The notes under the pieces are model-generated. The model made no database searches and was not told the DNA's origin. It saw only the letters and a list, made by a program, of their open reading frames with translations. Shown here piece by piece: positions 37,516-46,626 of a stretch of DNA of 64,000 nucleotides; the stretch's first letter is position 1, and each line of letters opens with the position of its first letter. Source of the DNA: an uncultured Eubacteriales bacterium (lineage in GTDB: Bacteria; Bacillota; Clostridia; Oscillospirales; UBA644); the NCBI GenBank assembly GCA_934454405.1, contig CAKSFN010000006.1, forward strand, positions 10,503 through 74,502, written 5' to 3'. The position numbers and the translations under genes are program-made.

Positions 37516-38256
37516 TTGAAAGTTTACGGAAAAACCGATGTCGGAAAGGTTCGCGAGTCGAATCAGGACAATATGGTTTTCAAACAGCTGGACGAGGGTT
37601 GTCTTTACGCCGTCGTCTGCGACGGAATGGGCGGCCACAACGGCGGCAACGTCGCTTCCGAGCTTGCAGTGAGAACGTTTGACGCGTCGCTTTCGACAAG
37701 CTACGACGATTTTGCGAGAAGCCGTTCCGTTGAAGAGCTGCTCAAAAAGGTTATCAGGCACGCGAACGATGCCGTTTTCGCAGTCTCTCTCAAGGACGAG
37801 GGGCTTCGCGGAATGGGCACAACGGTCGTTATGGCTTATGTCATTGACGGCAGCGCGTACATAGCGCACGTCGGCGACAGCCGCGCGTATCTTTACGACG
37901 GCTGCGAGCTTTCCCGTCTGACACGGGATCATTCGATAGTTCAGCAAATGCTTGACGACGGCGAAATAAACGAAGAAGAAGCAAAGGTTCATCCCTACCG
38001 CCACGTTATAACCCGCGTTCTCGGCTTCACAAGCGAGGTCGAAGCGGATATAGATAAAACGGAATTTTCTCCGACGGATATCATACTTCTTTGCTCGGAC
38101 GGTCTGACGAATATGCTCGAGGACTCCGAGATCGAAAGCGTCTTTGAAAAATTCCACGCCGAAGAGGTCTGCGACGAGCTTGTCGCCCGCGCCCTGAAAA
38201 ACGGCGGAACGGACAATGTGACCGCAGTCCTTGTCTGCGGCGATGAGATTGAATAA
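37516..38256 (+). CDS. prpC: PP2C Ser/Thr phosphatase (Stp/PrpC)
   Basis: TDVG..R..NQD, DGMGGH and GGTDNVT. TTG start 10 nt after GGAGG. Confidence 0.9.
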   Translation: MKVYGKTDVGKVRESNQDNMVFKQLDEGCLYAVVCDGMGGHNGGNVASELAVRTFDASLSTSYDDFARSRSVEELLKKVIRHANDAVFAVSLKDEGLRGMGTTVVMAYVIDGSAYIAHVGDSRAYLYDGCELSRLTRDHSIVQQMLDDGEINEEEAKVHPYRHVITRVLGFTSEVEADIDKTEFSPTDIILLCSDGLTNMLEDSEIESVFEKFHAEEVCDELVARALKNGGTDNVTAVLVCGDEIE

Positions 38257-38270
38257 GGAGATATTTATAT

Positions 38271-40034
38271 ATGGAAGACAGATTGGTCGGAACCGTCCTT
38301 GACGGTCGTTACGCAGTCAAAGAAGTTATCGGCACGGGCGGTATGAGCGTTGTTTACAAATCCGAGGATACGCAGGAGGGCAGGCTTGTCGCTCTCAAAG
38401 TTCTGAAAGAGGAATTTGTCAGAGAACCGAAGTCCCGCCGCCGTTTTCTCAACGAATCCCGCGCCATCGCCATGCTTTCTCACGAAAACATCGTGGACGT
38501 TTTGGACGTCAATTTCGAGGGTGACGTTCAGTATATCGTTATGGAATACCTCGAAGGTCCCACTCTCAAGGAATATATGGTCGAAAACGGCGCGCTTGAT
38601 GTTTACGACGCGCTGCATATCGTTGAGCAGATACTTTCCGCGCTCAAACACGCCCACGAACGCGGCGTCGTTCACCGCGACATAAAGCCGCAGAACATTA
38701 TTCTGGTGGACGGCAACGAAACGGTAAAGGTTATGGATTTCGGCATCGCGCATGTTCAGAATTACAGCACGATAACCATTTCCGACAAGGCGATAGGCAC
38801 CGTGCATTACATCAGCCCGGAGCAGGCAAAGGGCAGACCCGCCGACGAACGAAGCGACATCTATTCAACGGGCGTCATTCTTTACGAAATGCTGACGGGC
38901 AAGCTCCCGTTCGACGCGGACAGCGCCGTTTCCGTCGCGCTTATGCAGGTTCAGCAAAAAGCGGTTCCGCCGTCGCAGATAGTTCCCGATATACCGCCTG
39001 CCGTTGAGCATATCGTTATGAAGGCGATGCGCAAAAACGTTGAGGCAAGATATCAGAACGCGGGCGAGATGCTTGAAGATATTGAAAAATTCAAAGAAAA
39101 CCCCGACGTCATTCTCGAAACGACACCGCCTTCGGCAGACCCGAATTTTATCGCGGAAGATCCGCTGCCTAAGAAAAAGAGCCGCTATGTCAGAAAACGC
39201 ACCCAGAACCGTTGGCTGTTCGCCGTTGTCGGCATAGGCTGCGCGGCGCTGCTGCTGCTCGTCGTCTTTTTGATAGCGATAGGAATAGTGAACGGGGAAA
39301 AAGGCAACTATGAGCGCGTGCCGACCTATGTGGGTATGATGATAAACGAAGTGCCCGCCGAGGATTCGCAAAAGTTCGTCTTTATTTACTCGTGGAAGGA
39401 TTCCGACGAACCCGAGGGCAGGATATTCGAGCAGGATCCGCCGTCAGGCAAATCCGTTGAGAAGGGCGCGGAGATAACGCTTTACGTTTCAAACGGCAAT
39501 TCGCCCTACACCACCGTTCCCGCGGGGTTGACAAACGTCAACGTGGAGCAGGCAAAAGCCGTTTTGAAGGCGCTCGGAATTGCCTGCAAGACCGAATATA
39601 AATACTCGTCGCCCGACATCGAAACGGATATAGTTATCGAAACTTCTCCGTCCGCAGGCGAAAAGATAGACAGAAACGGCACGATAACGCTTTATCTGAA
39701 TATGAAAAGCGGCACTGCGGATAACTACGTCACCATTCCCACTTCCGTTATCGGCGCGAAGCTGGACACGGTAAAATCTCTTCTCGACGCGCTGGAGATA
39801 AAGTACGTCGTTCAGTACGGTTCGAGCAATCTTGCCGAGGGGCTTGTGACCAAGACTTCACCCGAACCCGGCGAAAAGGTCTTGAAAGGCTCAACCATAA
39901 CCGTGTTTGTCTCAAACGGACAGGGACAGACCGAGCCGCCGACAACGGAGCCCACAACGGAACCCGAACCTCCGACAACGACCGAAACCGAGCCGACGGA
40001 AGACCCGAACCCCGAGCACGGCGGAAATCAGTAA
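38271..40034 (+). CDS. prkC: Ser/Thr kinase with PASTA repeats (PrkC)
   Basis: Kinase motifs HRDIKPQNI and DFGIA, one TM helix, three PASTA-like repeats and a Pro/Thr/Glu-rich tail. Confidence 0.92.
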   Translation: MEDRLVGTVLDGRYAVKEVIGTGGMSVVYKSEDTQEGRLVALKVLKEEFVREPKSRRRFLNESRAIAMLSHENIVDVLDVNFEGDVQYIVMEYLEGPTLKEYMVENGALDVYDALHIVEQILSALKHAHERGVVHRDIKPQNIILVDGNETVKVMDFGIAHVQNYSTITISDKAIGTVHYISPEQAKGRPADERSDIYSTGVILYEMLTGKLPFDADSAVSVALMQVQQKAVPPSQIVPDIPPAVEHIVMKAMRKNVEARYQNAGEMLEDIEKFKENPDVILETTPPSADPNFIAEDPLPKKKSRYVRKRTQNRWLFAVVGIGCAALLLLVVFLIAIGIVNGEKGNYERVPTYVGMMINEVPAEDSQKFVFIYSWKDSDEPEGRIFEQDPPSGKSVEKGAEITLYVSNGNSPYTTVPAGLTNVNVEQAKAVLKALGIACKTEYKYSSPDIETDIVIETSPSAGEKIDRNGTITLYLNMKSGTADNYVTIPTSVIGAKLDTVKSLLDALEIKYVVQYGSSNLAEGLVTKTSPEPGEKVLKGSTITVFVSNGQGQTEPPTTEPTTEPEPPTTTETEPTEDPNPEHGGNQ

Positions 40035-40052
40035 AACGGTAAACAAAAACAA

Positions 40053-40925
40053 GTGAAAGCAACATTGATAAAGGGCGTCGGCGGACTGTATACCGTCAGA
40101 ACATCGGAAGGCGGGCTGCTGTCCGTCCGCGCCCGAGGAATTTTCAGAAAAAACGGGATATCGCCGCTTGTCGGTGATGAGGTCGAGGTCGAAAACGACG
40201 CTTTGACCGCGATATTGCCGCGCAGGAACGCTTTTCCGCGTCCTCCCGTCGCAAACATAGACAAGCTTTTCATCGTCTGCGCCGTTGTCGACCCCGCGCC
40301 CAATCTTTACACGCTTGACAGAATGACCGTTATCGCGCGTTTTCTCGGCGTAACGCCCGTTTTAGTGTTCAATAAGACCGATCTGGACAAAAATTCGGAC
40401 ATCGTTTCGCTGTATGCGTCGCTTCCGATAAAGAGTTACTCTCTTTCGGCGGCGTTTCCGAACGAAAAGACGGTCGAAGAACTGAAAAACGAGATAAAGG
40501 GCTGCACCGTGGCGCTTTCGGGCGTTTCGGGCGTCGGAAAATCGACGCTTATGAACCTTGTCTGCCCCGAAGCGCGCGTTGAAACGGGCGAAATATCCAA
40601 AAAACTCGGACGCGGCAGAAACACGACCCGTCACACCGAGCTTTTCGAGGCCTGCGGCGGACGCGTTGTCGATACTCCCGGCTTTTCCGAGATAGAACCG
40701 CGCGAGTTCGGGCTGGTTGACAGAACCGTTCTGCCCGACCTGTTTCCCGAGTTTGCGGAGCCTATTTCGGACGGCTGCCGCTTTTCCGACTGCCGCCATA
40801 TCGCCGAGCCGGACTGCGCTTTGCGCCGCGCCGCAGACGACGGCAGAGTGCCGAAGACCCGTTACGAATCCTTCGTCCGTCTTTACGAAGAGATAGGCGA
40901 AATGAAAGCGTGGGAAAACAAATGA
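40053..40925 (+). CDS. rsgA: Ribosome small-subunit GTPase RsgA
   Basis: NK.D, GVSGVGKSTLMN and a zinc knuckle CRFSDCRHIAEPDC. GTG start. Confidence 0.9.
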   Translation: MKATLIKGVGGLYTVRTSEGGLLSVRARGIFRKNGISPLVGDEVEVENDALTAILPRRNAFPRPPVANIDKLFIVCAVVDPAPNLYTLDRMTVIARFLGVTPVLVFNKTDLDKNSDIVSLYASLPIKSYSLSAAFPNEKTVEELKNEIKGCTVALSGVSGVGKSTLMNLVCPEARVETGEISKKLGRGRNTTRHTELFEACGGRVVDTPGFSEIEPREFGLVDRTVLPDLFPEFAEPISDGCRFSDCRHIAEPDCALRRAADDGRVPKTRYESFVRLYEEIGEMKAWENK

Positions 40926-41539
40926 GAGCGGTCATATTTGTATGGGCGGAGCTTTCTTCTCTGCCCGTTGAAATCAAGGAAGACGATTTTGTTATATGCG
41001 CCGACGTCGGCTTAAAGACCGCCGAGCGTTTCGGCGTGCGGCCGTCGCTTGTTATAGGGGATTTTGACTCTTACCCCGACGGCAGGCTTTTTGACGGCGA
41101 AAAAATCGTTCTGCCCGTAGAAAAGGACGACACGGACGCGCATTACGCTGTCCGTTACGCTCTTGACCGCGGCTGCGACGAAATAGTTATCGTGGGCGGC
41201 ATCGGCGGCGAGAGAGAGGACCACACCTTTGCCAATATCGCAACGCTGCGGTATATTTACGCGCGAGGCGCGAAGGGGTATATAATAACCGACCGCGCGC
41301 GGATAGATTATCTCGAAAGCGGCGCGCTGACGCTTCCGGCGGAAGAAAAAAGCGTGAACGTCACCGTTTTTCCGCTGACCGAAAAAGCCGTTGTGAGCGA
41401 GCGCGGACTGAAATACAGCGTCGAAAAGGCCGAGTTCTGCGCCGACGTTCCGCTTTGGGCAAGCAACTCAACGCTGCCGAACGCGGAAGCCGTTATAGAG
41501 GTTTTTGAAGGCAAGGTTATCGTTTTTCGGATAAAATAA
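40922..41539 (+). CDS. thiN: Thiamine diphosphokinase
   Basis: GDFDS motif, ~205 aa, ATGA overlap with rsgA. Confidence 0.8.
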   Translation: MRAVIFVWAELSSLPVEIKEDDFVICADVGLKTAERFGVRPSLVIGDFDSYPDGRLFDGEKIVLPVEKDDTDAHYAVRYALDRGCDEIVIVGGIGGEREDHTFANIATLRYIYARGAKGYIITDRARIDYLESGALTLPAEEKSVNVTVFPLTEKAVVSERGLKYSVEKAEFCADVPLWASNSTLPNAEAVIEVFEGKVIVFRIK

Positions 41540-41676
41540 CCGCATTTTTTCGCGTGAACGCATTGTGAACCTCATTTTTTCCGAATTTTCCGCCGACTTT
41601 TACCGGACGTTCACACAGCCGTCACTTTCCGGGGGTATAATCCTCTTGTAAAAACAGGAAAGGACGGTTTTTTGAA

Positions 41677-43236
41677 ATGGACGATTTTGAAAAAAACGAA
41701 CTCAATATAAACGAGGCTGAGTCTGCGGAACGCAAGCGCCTTGACGCGGAGAATGCGGCAGCGGCGGCTTCATCCGCGCAGACAGACGGTCAGGCAGCCC
41801 CTTTGCAGCCCTCCGCTCAACCGCGATACGCCTACGACCCGCAAACGGGCGAGCGCTATGAGGTCGGCACAGGACCCGAACCCCACGCGCCTGCGGCACA
41901 GCTGTCATATCACAGCCCGAGCCCGACTTACGCCGCTCCCGGTCAGACGCGTCCGCAGCCTCCGCGTTATGAATATTCGTATCGCAACGGTCAGCCGCAG
42001 ACCAATTATAATTACGGCGGCGAACACGGCTACGGCAGAGTTGCTCCGAACGGAACGTATTCATATTCCGCTCCGCAGCAGCCTCCGAGACCTCCCAAAA
42101 AGCCGAAAGAGAAAAAGAAGTTCGGCATCGGCGCCGTTTGCGCGCTGCTTGTCGCGGCGGTAATCTTTTCAGCCGGTCTCGGCATCGGCGGCTCGTATAT
42201 GCTTTTCGGCAGAAACGGCACATCGGGCGGCTCGCAGTCCCCGTCGGGCGGCAGCACCGTCATTTACGAAAGCACCGAACCCAAAGTTGACACCTCCTCC
42301 GTCGCGGGCAGCACGGACACCGCAAAAGTCGTCGCGGCTGTCGAAAACTCCGTCGTCGAGATAACAACGGAGACCGTCACCACCTCGAATTTCTTCGGTC
42401 AGTACGTCACACAGGGCGCAGGCAGCGGTGTTGTTGTCAGCTCGGACGGATATATAGTCACGAACAATCACGTCGTTGACGGCGCAACAAATATAAAAGT
42501 CACGCTCGCAAACAAAACGACCTATGACGCCACGGTTGTCGGCACGGACGAAAAAACCGACATCGCCGTTGTGAAAATCAACGCAACGGGTCTGACGCCT
42601 GCGGTATTCGGCGACTCCTCGCAGATAGTTGTCGGACAGGACGTTGTCGTTATCGGCAACCCGCTCGGCTCGCTCGGCGGAAGCGTCACCAAGGGCATTG
42701 TCAGCGCGCTGGACCGTCAGATAACGATAGACAATCAGACGATGACTCTTTTGCAGATTGACGCAGCTGTCAACCCCGGCAACTCCGGCGGCGGCGCGTT
42801 CGACGCAAAAGGTAACCTCATCGGCATAGTCAACGCAAAATCGACGGGCTCGAATATAGACAACCTCGGCTTCGCAATCCCCGTCAACACCGCAAAAGCG
42901 GTTATAAACGATATTATCAAATACGGTTACGTTACGGGCAGGATCTCAACGGGCTTTGAACCCATAGACCTTACCGACCGCGCAACCGCGATAAGTTACC
43001 GTGTTTCAAGAACCGGTATATATGTATACAAGGTCACGGACAACGCCTCCCCGTTCAGAAGCGGCGACCTGCTTGTCAGCATGGACGGCACGGTCATCAG
43101 CTCGATGTCGGACTACAACTCCGTCGTTGACGCCCACAAGATAGGCGACACGATAGACGTAACCGTTATCAGAAACGGCGAACAGAGAACTCTTTCGCTG
43201 ACCTTCGGTGAATACGTCCCGTCGCAGAACGGCTGA
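41677..43236 (+). CDS. HtrA/DegP-like serine protease with PDZ domain
   Basis: Pro/Gln-rich N-terminus and a TM helix. Catalytic TNNHV, DIAVVK and GNSGG, plus a C-terminal PDZ-like region. Confidence 0.88.
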   Translation: MDDFEKNELNINEAESAERKRLDAENAAAAASSAQTDGQAAPLQPSAQPRYAYDPQTGERYEVGTGPEPHAPAAQLSYHSPSPTYAAPGQTRPQPPRYEYSYRNGQPQTNYNYGGEHGYGRVAPNGTYSYSAPQQPPRPPKKPKEKKKFGIGAVCALLVAAVIFSAGLGIGGSYMLFGRNGTSGGSQSPSGGSTVIYESTEPKVDTSSVAGSTDTAKVVAAVENSVVEITTETVTTSNFFGQYVTQGAGSGVVVSSDGYIVTNNHVVDGATNIKVTLANKTTYDATVVGTDEKTDIAVVKINATGLTPAVFGDSSQIVVGQDVVVIGNPLGSLGGSVTKGIVSALDRQITIDNQTMTLLQIDAAVNPGNSGGGAFDAKGNLIGIVNAKSTGSNIDNLGFAIPVNTAKAVINDIIKYGYVTGRISTGFEPIDLTDRATAISYRVSRTGIYVYKVTDNASPFRSGDLLVSMDGTVISSMSDYNSVVDAHKIGDTIDVTVIRNGEQRTLSLTFGEYVPSQNG

Positions 43237-43382
43237 CGCAGTCCCGCGCGCCGCGATAAAACCTGCGGCGTCCCTTTTCCGCCGCGCGGAGTTATTCCGC
43301 GTATGCGGAAAAGACAGTATTCCGTTTCGCGCTCGCAATCACGCGATCGGAAAACTCAAATTGCTTGCTCGTGTTTTTTTCA

Positions 43383-44152
43383 TATTTCTTTCTCTTGGAA
43401 ACTCGGCTCCGCTTCGGTGGGGTCGAGTTTCATTTTAATAATATATATGAAAGTATTTAGTTTGCGCAGGGAAAAATAGTTCGGCGAAATAAATTCGCCG
43501 AAGACCGGTCGATCCGATACGCCGTGCGAAATTGTTGCTGCGCAACACGCACATGGCTGTTCTCAAAACGGCGGCGCGTTTTGAGATTTTCTTTCTCTTG
43601 GAAGAGGGGCTTCACTTCGGTGAAGTTTCTCTTCATTTTAATAATATATATGAAAGTATTTAATTTGCGCAGGGAAACATAGTTCGGCGAAATAAATTCG
43701 CCGAAGATATATTGATTTGATACGCCGTGCGAAATTGTTGCTGCGCAACACGCACATGGCTGTTCTCAAAACGACGGTGCGTTTTGAGAGTTTCTTTCTC
43801 TTGGAAGTGCGGCTCTGCTTTTGCAGGGTCGCGCTTCACTTTATTTATATGTATTGTATTTAAGTGTTTAGTTTTCGCAAGGAGTAATAGTTCGGCGAAC
43901 TAAATTCGCCGAAGACCGGTCGATCCGATACGCCGTGCGAAATTGTTGCTGCGCAACACGCACATGGCTGTTCTCAAAACGGCGGCGCGTTTTGAGAGTT
44001 TCTTTCTCTTGGAAACTCGGCTCCGCTTCGGTGGGGCCGAGTTTCACTTTATTCTCTTGGAAGTGCGGCTCCGCTTCGGTGGGGTCGAGTTTCATTTTAA
44101 TAATATATATGAAAGTATTTAGTTTGCGCAGGGAAACATAGTTCGCCGAAGA
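43383..44152 (+). repeat. Tandem array (about 3.7 units of 203-208 bp) of hairpin-dense, apparently non-coding units
   Basis: CTCTTGGAA recurs at 43392, 43595, 43798, 44006 and 44054. Each unit holds 5 hairpins in a fixed order. The first hairpin has three unrelated but fully paired sequence variants. Confidence 0.9.
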
Positions 44153-44192
44153 GGTGTCTGTTTGCCTGATATGTTTAGCCCAAAACATATTC

Positions 44193-44221
44193 TTGACAAA
44201 TCCTTTTGTTAGGTGTATAAT
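44193..44221 (+). promoter_or_regulatory. Consensus sigma-A promoter of the GNAT gene
   Basis: TTGACA-17 nt-TATAAT. Confidence 0.7.
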
Positions 44222-44265
44222 GTTCTGTAAAATTTGCAACGTATGCTTTATAAAAGGAGAAGATA

Positions 44266-45018
44266 ATGGAATTTATACGTCTCTCTCATGAAAATCTTGA
44301 TACCGAGCATATCTGCTGCGCAATTTCGAACAACAAGGACGTTCAGGTATCGTCGAAAAAAGCGTGGCTTGCGGAACGTCTTGACGAGGGGCTTGTTTTT
44401 CTGAAAGGCAATGTCCGCGGTAAATGTTTTATCGAATATATCCCCGCTGAAAACGCGTGGGCGCCGATAGCCGCCGACGGGTATATGTATATTGACTGTC
44501 TTTGGGTCTCGGGACAATTCAAGGGACACGGATATTCCTCCGAACTGCTTGCCGAATGTATTCGGGACAGCCGCGAAAAAGGGAAAAAGGGGCTTTGCGT
44601 TCTGTCTTCGAAAAAGAAACACGGTTTTTTGTCCGACCCGAAATATCTTCTTTATAAAGGCTTCAAACCTGCCGACGCGGCGTCTCCGTATTTTGAACTT
44701 TGGTATTTGCCGTTTGACGAATCGGCAGAAATTCCGCAATTCCGCGCTTGCGTGAACGAGCCCGCGCCAATGTCCGACGGTTTTACTCTTTTTTACACTT
44801 CGCAATGTCCGTTTACCGCAAAGTATGTTCCTCTGCTATGCGCCGCCGCCGAAAAACGCGGCGTAAAACTGACGTCCGTTCATATTGATACACGCGAAGC
44901 CGCACAAAACGCCCCATGCCCGTTTACGACCTTTTCACTTTGGCACAACAGCAATTTCATCACGCATGAGATTCAGTCCGTCCCCAAATTCGAAAAAATC
45001 ATCGACGGCATAGTCTGA
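44266..45018 (+). CDS. GNAT N-acetyltransferase with YoaP-like C-terminal domain
   Basis: Acetyl-CoA motif region (VSGQFKGHGYSSELL) and a C-terminal ..LFYTSQCPF.. region as in YoaP-type proteins. RBS AAGGAGA. Confidence 0.7.
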   Translation: MEFIRLSHENLDTEHICCAISNNKDVQVSSKKAWLAERLDEGLVFLKGNVRGKCFIEYIPAENAWAPIAADGYMYIDCLWVSGQFKGHGYSSELLAECIRDSREKGKKGLCVLSSKKKHGFLSDPKYLLYKGFKPADAASPYFELWYLPFDESAEIPQFRACVNEPAPMSDGFTLFYTSQCPFTAKYVPLLCAAAEKRGVKLTSVHIDTREAAQNAPCPFTTFSLWHNSNFITHEIQSVPKFEKIIDGIV

Positions 45019-45054
45019 CCCCACTCAACAAAAGTGCTTTTCGCACCGTCCGTA

Positions 45055-45168
45055 AAAAAAATCTTTCGGAATGAAAATCCAAAATCCTGCGGAATGAAAC
45101 CTCGAAATCTTTCGGAATGAAATCACGAAATCCTGCGGAATGAAATCTTGAAATCTTTCGGAATGGTA
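45055..45168. repeat. 5 x 23-bp tandem repeat abutting the -35 box
   Basis: CGGAATGAAA at 45067, 45090, 45113, 45136 and 45159 (the last copy is degenerate: CGGAATGGTA). Units alternate CTTTCGG and CCTGCGG, giving a 46-bp super-unit. Confidence 0.85.
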
Positions 45169-45197
45169 TTGATATTTTTCAAAAATTGTGGTATACT
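45169..45197 (+). promoter_or_regulatory. Sigma-A type promoter
   Basis: TTGATA-17 nt-TATACT. Confidence 0.6.
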
Positions 45198-45226
45198 GTA
45201 ACCGAAAAGATGAAAGAGGTGGTTTG

Positions 45227-46510
45227 ATGAACGCTTCCGAAAGAAATAAATACAGACCGCGGATAATAGATACCCGTGTTGAAAAATATCTGAAAAACTT
45301 CGGTGCCGTCTGCATCGAGGGACCAAAATGGTGCGGCAAAACATGGACTTCCTCCTATCATTGCAAAAGCGAATTTATGATAGGCGACCCTCGGAACGAT
45401 TTTCAGAACAGACAACTTGCGGAAATTTCACCGTCGGTGGTTCTTGACGGAGAAACCCCGCGCCTTTTGGACGAGTGGCAGGAAGTTCCGTCGCTTTGGG
45501 ACGCCGTTCGCTACACCGTTGATAAACGCGCCGAAAAGGGGCAGTTCATTTTAACGGGGTCGTCAACTCCGAAACGCAAGGGAATTATGCATAGCGGCGC
45601 CGGACGCATAGGAAAGATTCGAATGCGAACGATGTCTTTGTATGAGTCGGGCGATTCTTCCGGTAAAGTTTCTCTGCGTGACCTTTGCAACGGAAAAATA
45701 ACTCCCGCCGTAACGGGCGAGGTGGATCTGCATTCTCTCATATATTATATAGTTCGCGGCGGTTGGCCGGGAAATCTCGGCGTTCTGCCCGAAGACGCGC
45801 AGCTTCTGCCCGAATCGTATATAACCGCGATTCTTGACGACGACGCGCAAAGACTTGACGGCAAAAAATACGACAAACGAAAAATGCGTCTGTTGCTTTG
45901 CTCTCTTGCGAGAAACGAAAGCACGACCGCTTCCAACACAAAACTTCTGAACGATATAAAGGGTTTTGAGGACTGCTCCGTTGACAAGGATACGGTCAGC
46001 GATTATCTTGATGTTTTCGACCGCCTGTTTTTGCTTGACGACCAACCCGCATTTTCTTCGAATATAAGGTCGTCCGTTCGCTTGAAACAGTCCGTAAAAC
46101 ACCATTTTTGTGACCCCGCGCTTGCGTGCGCATTGCTGAAAGCGACGCCCGAAAGGCTTCTGAACGATCTTGAAACACTCGGCTTTATGTTTGAAAGTCT
46201 CTGTGAACGGGACTTGAGGATATATGCCGAATCTTTCGGCGCAAACCTTTTCCATTATCAGGATTATCAGGGCAGGGAAGTTGATGCCGTCATTGAGCTT
46301 GACAACGGCGATTGGTGCGCGTTTGAAATAAAACTCGGCGCAAAACAAATCGAAACCGCCGCGCAGAATCTTGTTGCATTGCGGGATTCCGTTGCGGAAA
46401 ACGGCGGCAAAGCTCCGTCCGTTTTGTGCGTTGTCTGCGGCATGAGCAGCGCGGCATACGTTCGTCCCGACGGCGTATTTGTCGTTCCCGTAACCGCGCT
46501 GAAAGATTGA
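45227..46510 (+). CDS. AAA ATPase with C-terminal PD-(D/E)xK-like module (DUF4143-type)
   Basis: Walker A GPKWCGKTWT and a C-terminal EVDAVIE...AFEIKLG. Start at MNASERNK, after GAGGTGG. Confidence 0.8.
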   Translation: MNASERNKYRPRIIDTRVEKYLKNFGAVCIEGPKWCGKTWTSSYHCKSEFMIGDPRNDFQNRQLAEISPSVVLDGETPRLLDEWQEVPSLWDAVRYTVDKRAEKGQFILTGSSTPKRKGIMHSGAGRIGKIRMRTMSLYESGDSSGKVSLRDLCNGKITPAVTGEVDLHSLIYYIVRGGWPGNLGVLPEDAQLLPESYITAILDDDAQRLDGKKYDKRKMRLLLCSLARNESTTASNTKLLNDIKGFEDCSVDKDTVSDYLDVFDRLFLLDDQPAFSSNIRSSVRLKQSVKHHFCDPALACALLKATPERLLNDLETLGFMFESLCERDLRIYAESFGANLFHYQDYQGREVDAVIELDNGDWCAFEIKLGAKQIETAAQNLVALRDSVAENGGKAPSVLCVVCGMSSAAYVRPDGVFVVPVTALKD

Positions 46511-46566
46511 GTTTTTTCAGACTGAATATATTTCTTTCGCGTAACGTGCTTTTTGCAACGCAACTC

Positions 46567-46595
46567 TTGCCATATTCGCAAAGATATGCTATAAT
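46567..46595 (+). promoter_or_regulatory. Sigma-A type promoter
   Basis: TTGCCA-17 nt-TATAAT. Confidence 0.6.
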
Positions 46596-46626
46596 AAATT
46601 GCAGAAGATTTTTTCGGAGGCTGTAT

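Noticed and set aside
43428-43460. dif/Xer-like recombination site in the AT-rich palindrome TTTCATTTTAATAATATATATGAAAG of each array unit
   Set aside because: Only the central TATATA and a left ..ATAA resemble dif. The right arm does not match the TTATG..AAA consensus I remember. This is too weak to claim without a proper motif search.
43383-44152. CRISPR array
   Set aside because: The repeat period is ~205 bp and nearly the whole unit is conserved. There are no unique 30-40-bp spacers between short repeats, and no cas genes occur anywhere in the window.
43458-44239. Minus-strand ORFs running through the array units (track ORF 43868-44239, plus ~59-aa ORFs per unit starting MKLDPTEAEPSFQEKE.. 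or MKRNFTEVKPLFQEKE..)
   Set aside because: They have no RBS and the products are Arg-rich and low-complexity. The region that would encode residues 3-11 changes completely between units while base pairing is preserved, which points to structural rather than coding constraint.
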